Below, one piece after another: positions 1-9,498 of a DNA stretch of 64,000 bases. The stretch comes from Prorocentrum cordatum (taxonomy: Eukaryota), in contig CAUYUJ010000128.1 of assembly GCA_963575745.1 (NCBI GenBank), positions 1 through 64,000 of the forward strand. The letters are read 5' to 3'. How positions within the stretch are numbered: position 1 is the stretch's first letter; every line of letters begins with the position of its first letter. The notes under the pieces were generated by a model, which did not search any database, had not been told where the DNA came from, and saw only the letters and a list, made by a program, of their open reading frames with translations. The position numbers were made by a program, and so were the translations under genes.

Positions 1-48
1 TGTGCCGAAATGGGCGCGGTGGGCGCATGGGAGCGCAGCCACATGATG

Positions 49-87
<39 letters not shown>

Positions 88-477
88 GCGATGGTGATGG
101 TGATGGTGATGATGATGAGGGGGCAGCGGGAGGAGGAGTGAACGCGGGGCGCTGTCTCTTCAAAACGAGGACCCAACACCGCAGGATGGTTGGGAATAAC
201 TCTTGGACCATAGAAGCAATCGGACGAGGGGGAGGAGGGGGGGGTGAGGAGGAGGAGGAAGGAGAGGAGGAGTAGGATGAGGAGGAAGGTGAGGAGGAGG
301 AGGTGGAGGAGGAGGATGGAGGAGGAGAAGGAGATGGAGAGGGCGGGGGAAGGGGAGGAGGAGGAGGAAGAGTAGGGGGAAGGAGGAGGAGGAGGAGGAG
401 GAGAGGGTCGGCGCTCTCCGTCCGAGTTCCTGGTGTTGGATGGGCTGGCGGGGATGCGCGAAGCGTCGATGATTTGT

Positions 478-1039
478 TCAGCAGAAGCCTGATGAAAGCA
501 GACATGCCACCGTCCATCTCCTGAACAATGCACGTCCTACACGTAGCAACGGCAAACCACGCTTCCTCGGTCGATAGGATTGCGGGGCCCAGTTCAAGAA
601 ATGACCAATAGACAGCCTCGACTTTTCTGCCGTCGTGGCCGATGGGGTTCAGCCCGATCTCGTCGGCATACACGACGAGCCGCCATGGTTTGTCAATGCT
701 AGGAGGGCTTCGGCGGACGGCGTCCTCAAACACGGCAGCCATGCCTGGACAGGCCTCTGCGTCGCACGCCTTCCAGATCATCGCCATGGGGTGCTGCACC
801 CCGATGCGCACAGGAGGATTACCGTCCCCCTGGGGCAAGCCGAGATCTTGAACGAGCGGCCCGTACGGCGTAGGCTCAGAGGCTATGGCACGCCTAGCTC
901 GGCCTTGGGAAGAACGCGACCAACTCTCGGGCAGCCCATGGTTGGCAACCTGCGTGAGTAAACGCTCGACTGCCCTGTGCGATGCGTACGAACCACGAGA
1001 GAAGTCTGTCAACTTCTGCAATTTAGCGGAAGGTGGCAT
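478..1039 (-). CDS. N-terminal fragment or exon of a CMC/EnSpm (Plavaka-like) DDE transposase; not in the ORF track
   Basis: Manual translation from ATG 1039 gives MPPSAKLQKLTDFSRGSYASHRAVERLLTQVANHGLPESWSRSSQGRARRAIASEPTPYGPLVQDLGLP...QHPMAMIWKAC...PWRLVVYADEIGLNPIGHDGRKVEAVYWSFLELGPAILSTEEAWFAVATCRTCIVQEMDGGMSAFIRLLL. The LxxYxDExxxNPxxxxxxKxxxxYxS motif resembles the first catalytic-Asp block of EnSpm-like transposases. The frame then runs into a CCT microsatellite. Confidence 0.65.
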
Positions 1040-1053
1040 GCCTGCCACGTCCG

Positions 1054-1070
1054 CTCGAGCCAAAACGGCT
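1054..1070 (-). promoter_or_regulatory. Dinoflagellate spliced-leader relic 14 nt upstream of the transposase ATG
   Basis: Minus strand reads AGCCGTTTTGGCTCGAG versus the DinoSL 3' end AGCCATTTTGGCTCAAG (15/17). Confidence 0.7.
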
Positions 1071-2039
1071 TTACCAACATCAGGTGCGCCAGATCACCTG
1101 CACCAGATGCATCGCGCATACCATAGCACAGCATAGCATTGCATGCGTTGCGCCCAATGGTAGATGGCATATGTGCAAGAACGCAGCATGACATTGCATA
1201 GGAACACAGCTCGGCATAGCACGGCATATCGAATAGTGCGGCTGCATAACCGACAATCGCAGTGCGTTTGGCCGCGTGGTCTGGCATCGCGCCAGTGCTG
1301 CTGTCGCGAAGCGCATAGCGTTGTTTGGAATAGCATAGCTGCGCACATCGGCTTACAAGGGTGGTCAAATAAGTATTGAGTTTGTCCTTTTCTTGGTCCC
1401 AGCATACTGTCTCATTGCACGCCAAGTCGCCACAGAAGTAGGAACGCGCAGAATCAACCCTAACGCCATCGATGCACCATCTACTTGCCCCAAGTATTAG
1501 ACGGCATCATGGCCGGAGCTCTTCGGACGGGCGGGCCCAACATTCGCAACAACACAATCTGGGGGGGGGCAACGGGAACAGTCCAAAGGTCCGGCCACGC
1601 GTGTACGGGCACGGTGGCGGCGGGAGAAGTAGGGGTCTGCAGACCAGGCTCCAAGAGGGGCCCTCAAACACAAGCAACCACAAACCCCTCCCATGGTAAA
1701 GTCGGCCTGGGGAGAGCAAGGCACCGCCAAGTTCGTCACATCTAGGGCAATAGATTCACCGTCTTTTAACGCCTCCGCCGCGCGGACCTGCAGGTGCTTC
1801 GGGGCAAAGGGAAGGGGGGTTGACGGTGATGGTGATGTCAGGGCGGCAAGGAGGGTGGAGCAGGAATGGGCGGACGATCTCTTGATGGAGATGGTGAGTG
1901 ATGCAGCAATGGGCGTTTGCAGACAAGCGTTGTCTGAAAAAGCCGCCAGACTGTAAACGGTAGCTCGCGGGGCCCCGAACCTGCGAGCACACCGGGTCAT
2001 CCGACTCAGGAGCTCCCGACACAAGTCGCCGCGCATCCC

Positions 2040-3551
2040 TCACACATTCTCGGCCTTCCACTGCGCGACCGCCTTCCTGTATGCTGCCCTCGCCTTCACC
2101 CTGTCACCGCCCGTGGCCGTCATCGCGCGGCTGTAGGCCTGGGATGAGAACGCGTTCATCAACTTGTAGTTATTGGTGCCTCTCTTGGGGTGAGTCTTCT
2201 CGCCCGCAACCTTGGCTTTGCGGGGCGCCGCGGCAGCTGGGCGCGGCATGCGACCAGCGGGCCGCCTCCTCACGACGGCGTCATCGCCACCATCGCTGGA
2301 AAGGTCATCGTCACCTGCGCCGCCCTCCGAACGTGAGGCCTTGGCGGCCTTCCTGATGGTTGCCAATTTGCTGATCTTCTTCCTCTTGTCGGTGAGCATG
2401 TCCTTCCTGGCGCTCTCGTTGGCCTTCATGGCGGCGTTGAGCTCCGCCAACGGGTCGCCCTGGACAGTGGGCATGTCCTCGTCGCCACCCGACGCGCCAG
2501 CATCGCTGACAGGCTGCTGACGACCCCCACCGCCTGGCGCGCGGGTCGAAGCCCCGACGTCCGCTCGGCTGGGCGGCGCACCTCCGAACCCAGGTGCGAA
2601 CGTGAGGTTGACACCACCAGCAGGAGCGCCAAGACCGAACTGCTGCTGCATCATCATGGCGAACTGCGCCATGTACTGCTGCATCTGCATCTGTTGGGCA
2701 TGGTTCTGCTGGAACGGGTTGCCCATGCCCGCGGCAGGGAGCGGTGGCACCGCAGGCGCGAACGACACCATCGCGCCCGCGCCGCTGCCCCGAGCACCAC
2801 CGCTGTCAGGCCGCGCCTTGAATGACGAAGCGGTGTTCCTCTTGAACTTGGGGCCGCTCAAGATCTTGTCTGCGGCTGCCTCGAGATCACCCCGCCTCGC
2901 GGGCTTCGCGTCGCCGCAGGCCATCTCGACAAACTGGGGCGGAAGCTGCAACGGGTCCCTCGGGTACGTCGTCATATGAGGAAGCGGGTGTCGATTCGCT
3001 TTGTCGAGACGCTTCAGGACCCTCTGGATGTTCTTCATGAGATCTCGGATCCGCTTTGGCGGCGGCAACGTCCCAGGCTCGCGACCACCGAGTATACAGA
3101 CGGCCAACACTGCCTGCAAACCCTCTCCTGGACAGCTCAAGCCCCACTTGTGAGCACGTTCGCACAGAGTCTCGATCTGACAGTCCTCGTTGGCGGTGCC
3201 ATTGATCTTGTCCCAGTCGCTCTGCAGGAAGTAATGCATGAAGTAGTCGCCGCACTGCTGACCTCTCCCTTGAGCTGCACCGTCTTTGCCTTGAGAAGCA
3301 GACTGCATGGACCGAGACTGGATGCACATGCCGAGCGTCTGCTTCTGGGCGGGAGTGAACGGGCCTTCCGCGATGGCCCCCGTGAGGAGGGTCGCGTCGG
3401 TTGTGGAGCAATGCCTTAAAGCTGCGATCTGCGAGAGAAGGCACGGTACTTGCATCTCTATGGGCCCTTCCACCTGCAGCCCAGCCTCGCGCTGCACCTT
3501 GACCAACTCCGCGAGCTGGCCAATCTGGGCACAGAGGCCACGCGGATCCAT
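2040..3551 (-). CDS. Intronless hypothetical protein (~503 aa from ATG 3551), probably transposon-associated
   Basis: Long, GC3-biased ORF. It has a globular N-half (ETLCERAHKWGLSCPGEG), a Q/M/P-rich linker, a basic NLS-like segment and a helical C-terminus (AFSSQAYSRAM...ARAAYRKAVAQW). Confidence 0.8.
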   Translation of the reverse strand: MDPRGLCAQIGQLAELVKVQREAGLQVEGPIEMQVPCLLSQIAALRHCSTTDATLLTGAIAEGPFTPAQKQTLGMCIQSRSMQSASQGKDGAAQGRGQQCGDYFMHYFLQSDWDKINGTANEDCQIETLCERAHKWGLSCPGEGLQAVLAVCILGGREPGTLPPPKRIRDLMKNIQRVLKRLDKANRHPLPHMTTYPRDPLQLPPQFVEMACGDAKPARRGDLEAAADKILSGPKFKRNTASSFKARPDSGGARGSGAGAMVSFAPAVPPLPAAGMGNPFQQNHAQQMQMQQYMAQFAMMMQQQFGLGAPAGGVNLTFAPGFGGAPPSRADVGASTRAPGGGGRQQPVSDAGASGGDEDMPTVQGDPLAELNAAMKANESARKDMLTDKRKKISKLATIRKAAKASRSEGGAGDDDLSSDGGDDAVVRRRPAGRMPRPAAAAPRKAKVAGEKTHPKRGTNNYKLMNAFSSQAYSRAMTATGGDRVKARAAYRKAVAQWKAENV

Positions 3552-3590
3552 GTCTGGCCCAGGGAAGTCAACCAGCAACGAAACACCTGA

Positions 3591-3609
3591 TTGAACCAAA
3601 ATGTGTTAC
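3591..3609 (-). promoter_or_regulatory. Spliced-leader relic ~40 nt upstream of the 503-aa ORF
   Basis: Minus strand reads GTAACACATTTTGGTTCAA versus SL GTAGCCATTTTGGCTCAA; the core CATTTTGGtTCAA matches 12/13. Confidence 0.55.
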
Positions 3610-4057
3610 TGACGATGCCGTGGCGGTGATTGCGGCACGGTGGCCAACCAAACAAAAGATCGCCTATCGGCCAAGACTGAGTTTGCAACACTGGTGGCCC
3701 GAAGCGTGCTCACTGGTACCCCATGGCCATCCCCAAGACGAGCCCAGACGATACTATCTCCAATGCTAGCCCATACGAAACTATCCCAAGACGGAATTTG
3801 TTTTGTGTTGTTGCCTTGTTTTATCAGCAACTGCATCTCCCAAATCCAGGTTTGTCAAGCCTTGGTGTATGCTCTCGGGTACCATACGGGGCTGAGGGCC
3901 TTGTGCTGGTGCGTTTCTGATTGATTGCAAACGCGTTAGCTGCGGCGATCATGTGGCCATCGTGGAAGCAGCTTCGGTCGTCTTGGAGCAATTAAGGCAT
4001 TAAGTATTGCGAGCTCTGCAGCCGTGTTTCGGTTGGCAGTGGAATCTAACACACCGC

Positions 4058-4336
4058 GTTTAGATCGCAAGTGTGATCTAAACAACTGCGTTTAGATCGC
4101 AAGTGTGATCTAACCAACTTCGTTTAGATCGCAAGTGTGATCTAAACAACTTCGTTTAGATCGCAAGTGTGATCTAAACGCATTGATATATGCAACACAA
4201 CACAATGCAACTTCGTTTAGATCGCAAGTGCGATCTAAACAACTTCGTTTAGATCGCAAGTGCGATCTAAACAACTTCGTTTAGATCGCACGTGTGATCT
4301 AAACAACTTCGTTTAGATCGCAAGTGCGATCTAAAC
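4058..4336. repeat. Tandem array of eight 32-bp palindromic units in two blocks of four
   Basis: Unit is GTTTAGATCGCA-AG-TG(T/C)GATCTAAAC plus the linker AACTTC. Copies start at 4058, 4090, 4122, 4154, 4215, 4247, 4279 and 4311, with a 29-bp insert at 4180-4208. Confidence 0.95.
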
Positions 4337-4805
4337 GCACCAGCCTCAACCGCCGATCCATCGAAGACGTGTGCCCCTATGCGTCTGGATACAACTCTGC
4401 CAGTCAATCATTGGACGTTGAGACGCCTGCTCATCATGGGAACGGCGCGGCCAAGAGACGACGCGAGCACCCTCCACACGAGGGCCAAACCAACACGAAA
4501 TCATAATGTGCCCACACCGTGCGTGGACTGCATCTGACAACACTGACTGCAACGACGGAGGATGTCTTGAGGTATGTCGCCCGCCAGCGGTCAGCACTCC
4601 AACGGGGTATGGTGATCGATGGTGGCCGACATGACTTCATCATGTACACAGCTGGTGGCTGCACTGCGATAGTAACTCATCACGCGCAACATGCGCGGGT
4701 CGTCTCGACGCCTGCGGCCCCTAGCGAACCGCACGTGCGCTCCCGAGGACCTGCACCCCGCGCAGGCCCTTCAAACACGTGCAACAGACAGGCACGCGCA
4801 CCGAC

Positions 4806-5576
4806 CTAAGCAACAGGGTGGTGGTTTGCCAGGTAAAACGCATGCAACTTGTCGCATGCTTTCTGCATGCGTACCTTCTCGTCGCCACCACCTAGGGAGT
4901 CACTCTCGTCTGAAACTGGCTCTGAGTGGTATCGTGATCGACCGTCGGCGTCGTTGTAGTACACGCACGCCACGTCACGAGATGCGTTGTACTTGATCTC
5001 AGGGTAACCGAACTCAGACATGTCACGTGTCTCCTTGGTCGGGGTGTCCTCGTCAGACGCACTCGCAAACGGTTTGTCACGCAAGGTGAACAGCGCCTGA
5101 ATATTCTCAGTGCTCACAACGACCGATACTGATTTCCGCATGTCGACTGTGAACCTCGTCACGAGTGTCGTGCCGTCAACCACGACCCCGACAACATCAG
5201 GCAACTTATCTGGGTAGTTCTTTACGAACGTGGCCCGCATCTTCTTTTTCACGGCAACGCTCTCCGTGTGGCTGGTCGGGTCTGACTCCTGCAGCTTCTC
5301 GTCCACGACCTTGTCGCGCTGCTCGCCTCGAGCCACCTGGATGGCCTTCACGACGTTGGACACGCTGTTGTCTGTGAGGCCCATGAAGCCTGCAAGCCGT
5401 CGGTCCCCGACCCTGAGCGCGAGAAACATGCACTCATCCTGGCCGCCCTCAAGCTCAGGCAACCATGCCGTCTGCGGGGGCAGTATGCCGCCCGATATCA
5501 CGCACTGGTTCCATGGCGCCGACAGCGCCCTGACCAATATGTCCGAAGGTGTACGGTTGCGCTTATGCATGGTCAC
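4806..5576 (-). CDS. Intronless hypothetical protein (~256 aa) with a possible AP2-like DNA-binding C-terminal domain
   Basis: Non-repetitive ORF. The C-terminus YPEIKYNASRDVACVYYNDADGRSRYHSEPV...MQKACDKLHAFY fits the AP2/ApiAP2 three-strand-plus-helix pattern by eye. The track start is GTG; the first ATG is two codons in. Confidence 0.7.
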   Translation of the reverse strand: MTMHKRNRTPSDILVRALSAPWNQCVISGGILPPQTAWLPELEGGQDECMFLALRVGDRRLAGFMGLTDNSVSNVVKAIQVARGEQRDKVVDEKLQESDPTSHTESVAVKKKMRATFVKNYPDKLPDVVGVVVDGTTLVTRFTVDMRKSVSVVVSTENIQALFTLRDKPFASASDEDTPTKETRDMSEFGYPEIKYNASRDVACVYYNDADGRSRYHSEPVSDESDSLGGGDEKVRMQKACDKLHAFYLANHHPVA

Positions 5577-5759
5577 ACTCGTGACAGCGCGCGCGACGGA
5601 GCAATCCTATAACCTGTATGGCTACAGACAACCAATGCGAGTGCAGCCACTCAGCTCGGAGTCGGCCCGCCTCGGTCGACTCCAAGCTGACTGGCTGTGC
5701 ATCGGGATTGCGGGTGCCAGCGCAACTGACATCTCTCCGACTCGGGGCTGCGATGCTTG

Positions 5760-6415
5760 ACCCCGTCACCTGGTTCGCCGAATCGGCCACTGCAACATGA
5801 TGGAAACGAGGGCGCCCAAAACGCCCTCCCCCCCTCCCCTCAGGAGGGGCCCACGAGATCCACACTCCAAGACGGCCCAGGAGGCTCCCAAAACGGCCCC
5901 CCAAGAGGGCCCAGGAGGCCCCGAAGGCGGCCTAAAGGGCACCCAAGACAACTTCCAAGGAGGACCACCCAGAAACATATAATATTTTTCTGTGCGCGCC
6001 CATCGTAGATTCCGCTGGAGGCTTATCAGGTGCCTTTGACGCCCCAGGAGGGGCCCAAGAGACTCCAATAATCCTCCAAGACTGCCCAGGAGGCTCCCAA
6101 AAAGGCTCCAAGAGAAGCGAAGATGCTCTGAAGACGGCCTAAAGGGCACCCAAGACCACTTCCAAGAGGGACCATCCAGAAAACTATGATATTGTTCTGT
6201 GCGCGCCCATCGTATATTCCGTTGGGGGCTTCTCAGGTGCCCTTGGCGCCCCACCCACCCATGGCCCCAAAAACGGCACCCGAGAGAGCCCAAGACGCTC
6301 CGAAGACGGCAGCCCTATGAGCCCCATGAGCCCCATGAGCCCTTTGAGCCCCATCAGCCCTTTGAGCCCCATGAGACCTTGGAGCCCCATCCCCTATGAG
6401 CCCCATGAGCCCTAT
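5760..6415. repeat. Dispersed GCCCAAGA/GGCCATCTTGG-rich repeat with an internal ~200-bp duplication, followed by a 9-bp GAGCCCCAT repeat
   Basis: GGCCTAAAGGGCACCCAAGAC.ACTTCCAAG occurs at ~5929 and ~6136. Related sequence lies in the opposite orientation at 16855-17070 and 34265-34640. Confidence 0.75.
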
Positions 6416-8448
6416 GATGAGGCCCCCCTGCAACTTCTGAATGCGCCGCGCGCCACAGCAAGATAACAGTTCCTCAGCGCGCCCGAGCAACTGGCAAGTA
6501 CCTCGGTGAAATTGGAGCGTAGAAGGGAGGAGACTGGTGTGAGGAAGGGGGGGAGGGGGGGGGGGGGAGGGAGTACGCGAAACATATCGCACAGTGCGTG
6601 GGCAAGCCTGGGCGCTGCCACCACGCGGCAGGCGGAGACAGACAGAAAAAACATTGCGAGCTACAACTGCGTGGCTGGACTGGGGACGGCGCACGCAACG
6701 TGATTGAAGCGAAAAGCTTCGAACGGCTTCGAAACACCATCGGCTGTCCGAATTGTGGCGTTGATGTCAGTTTAAGGGGGAGGGGGGCCGCGTCAAATTA
6801 GGGGGGGGGGGGGATCAAGCTCCCTGCGCTCCGTGCGATGACGGCCATGCTTGAGCCCAGAGCTTGCGGTAAGTCCCATGGCGCCCCACCCGCCCACCGC
6901 AAAATTGCGATGTTACGTCGGCGAGAAGCCCCAAGAGCCCCCTTCCACCTATCCAATTTCATCATGTCCGACCCCCTACTAGCATTGACTTTGGCGCACA
7001 ATCGCCAGCCGAAGTCCTAGGAACGTGCTGTGCATCAACGCCACAATTCGAAATCGCCTCATGTTGGTCGCTGCCACATGGGACCTAGGAGACCACTATG
7101 GGAATGCGCCTATAGAGTACCCATCTTCTGTATCCGCAGTTGCGCTCAAGTCATTCGATATGGCCCGATGCGGGGCGGACTTTTTGCAGGGACTCTCAGA
7201 CTTGGTCAATTCAAGGCCTGGCGTGAAAGGATGGAGAGCAGAGGAATCCTCAACAATCGCAGGTCTGGTGTCGAATTGCCTTTGGCTAACATCCGCCGCT
7301 AGTCAGCCGAGCGTTGAGAGCGCCACTGGGGGGCCTCCAGGACGCAACTTCCGAAGTCCATTGAGCGGCCTACTGAGGATTCTGCCGAGAAGCCAAGTGA
7401 GACGCCTACTCATAAGGCAACTGGGATGGTTCACTGGCAAGGCCAACTGACAGGCCCACTGGTAAGCCTCCTGAGAAGCCCCCTGAGAAGCCCCCAGAGA
7501 CCCCGCGAATCGAATTAAGGCGGCCACCAGTTGGCTTTCGGGTCGGGCCCAGTCAAGCCTCACACCCTCGGCTTTGTCGTGGGATGGCGGATACTATAGA
7601 CACCGCGACGGTGCACTCAGATTCTGCGTCCCAGGAAGTGTTTCTAGCACAACGGTTTCTTTTGGGCTGCCACTGCCTGACACTGACCTCGGCATTGCCC
7701 CATCGCCGAAACCTCCCCTACCGCCGACGGCATCTGCGATTGTTATATTTGCTTGCGGCATTCCCCCCGCCAGTGTGATTGGGTGATGGGTCAGAAGTGT
7801 AGTGTAGGTCGGTTGGGGGTTCGCGATTTCCCTTTGGTAGGGCTCCTTGGGGGATAGATCGACGCTTCTTCGGTTGTCGCAGGGAAATGTGTTGAGCTTG
7901 ATTGTTATCTTCGGGGTCTCTTGGGGCGGGGTGGGGGGTGGGGGTGGGGGGAAGGGGAGGACTGGCGCCTTCTTGGAGCACCTTACGGCTCCTAGGGGAT
8001 GTCATTGCCATGGCGATCGCGATCGTGGTCATCATCATCGTTTTCATCACAGCCACCGCCATCGACATCAGCGTCGACATCAGCTTCGGACCACCCCTCA
8101 CACGTTTCGCGACAACCGTATACGGGGTCACGAAATTGTCCCAGAAACCCGCTGCTGGCACAACTAGTGGCCAGCGGAACTCCCAAGGCTCCGCCCGTAT
8201 GCGTCCACCGTGCTGGTTTCGGCGCGCCCCTCACGCGTCTCGTGGTTCCATAGGTAGGGGTCCTTGGAAGGGGTGCAAAAGCCGCAGCCGCGAACTATGC
8301 GCGCTACTAGAGGAGAGGTTGGCGGTGTACTACCCTAGGAGCCAAGTGTAAACAATGCAAGCCCCGACCACGAAGGGAACCTTGGAATGACCATAACACG
8401 CCTGAGCGTGCGACAGCACGGCGGCGGATACGAGCTGTCATTCCAGGG

Positions 8449-9498
8449 TTGGGCGGCGGCGCCGCAGCAAACAACAACGACGACTTTAAAAGAGAGCAGG
8501 CGGGCAACGACAAGAATGCCAAGCCATTGGCATCAGCGAAGGCCGCAGCGGCCTCGGACAGCGAGATGCCGGACGCCAGCGGCAGCGGCGCAGCTTCTGG
8601 GGAGGCGGGTTCCGCTTCAGCGGCAGCGGCTGCGGCCGCCAACGACGGCGGCGCAGTGGCAACTGCCGCGCGCGACGGCTGCGCAGCCGCTGCAGCCAGC
8701 GACCTGATCGACGCCGACGGCAAGGCGCAGCACGATGACAGCGGTCATCAGCAGCAGCCATCAGACGCCGACGGCGACGGCCAGGCCATCGACCAGGACG
8801 CCGACGACGACACGATGGACGATGCGACTAGACACCAGTTCTTCGAGCAGTCCCTCATGTCAACGGTGAGTGGCCTGACGAACGCAATGCTCACGTACTA
8901 CAAGGCCCCAGGGAAGTTCCCGAAGCAAGCTCTTAAGGGCATTGTTGCGGCGCAGGCCGCGGTCATGGAGATGCTGGGCGACGAACCTGCCAAAGCGGAC
9001 GAGCAACAAGACGCAAGTATTTCAGGCAGTGCCAGTTGCAGTGCTGGCGTTGCGGAGCACGCCGCAGTAAAGGCGGCGCTGAGCGACGAACCTGGCAAAG
9101 CAATTATTTCAGGCGATGCCAGTGGCAATGCTGGCAGAGTTGGCGATACTGGAAAGGATAACGGTATTGACATTGACAAGGATATGTGTGAGGCTACTGA
9201 TTGCAATGTTGACGATACTGGAAAGGATAACGGCATTGACATTGAGAAGAATATGTGCAAGGCTACTGTTGCTGATGACACTGGCAAGACTATGGACAAG
9301 CCTATTGAGGAGATTGGTGGCACGAACGTTGATCATGACGTTGCCGATTGCATTGGGCAAGTTGGCAAGACGACAGATGCCTCTGCAGGGGATGGACAGC
9401 CACCGCCGAAAAGAACGAAGCCGTCACCCCCGAAAGCGCCTCCTCCAAGACTTCTATCCCATCTGCCTGCGGCAACCTCCGCCATCGTGCCTGGGTGA
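8449..9498 (+). CDS. Low-complexity Ala/Asp-rich hypothetical protein with internal DTGKDNGIDI repeats; 5' end uncertain, possible frameshift from ATG 8387
   Basis: 349-codon open frame with a globular-looking core (HQFFEQSLMSTVSGLTNAMLTYYKAPGKFPKQALKGIVAAQAAVMEML). It ends SAIVPG*. Confidence 0.55.
   Translation: MGGGAAANNNDDFKREQAGNDKNAKPLASAKAAAASDSEMPDASGSGAASGEAGSASAAAAAAANDGGAVATAARDGCAAAAASDLIDADGKAQHDDSGHQQQPSDADGDGQAIDQDADDDTMDDATRHQFFEQSLMSTVSGLTNAMLTYYKAPGKFPKQALKGIVAAQAAVMEMLGDEPAKADEQQDASISGSASCSAGVAEHAAVKAALSDEPGKAIISGDASGNAGRVGDTGKDNGIDIDKDMCEATDCNVDDTGKDNGIDIEKNMCKATVADDTGKTMDKPIEEIGGTNVDHDVADCIGQVGKTTDASAGDGQPPPKRTKPSPPKAPPPRLLSHLPAATSAIVPG

Noticed and set aside
1497..2036. 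179-aa ORF starting 4 bp after the 503-aa ORF stop (operon-like)
   Set aside because: No recognisable motif and weak codon bias; it cannot be distinguished from a chance GC-rich ORF or UTR.
4058..4336. CRISPR array
   Set aside because: The linkers are 6 bp and nearly identical, so there are no unique spacers. No cas-like ORF is present and the context is eukaryotic.
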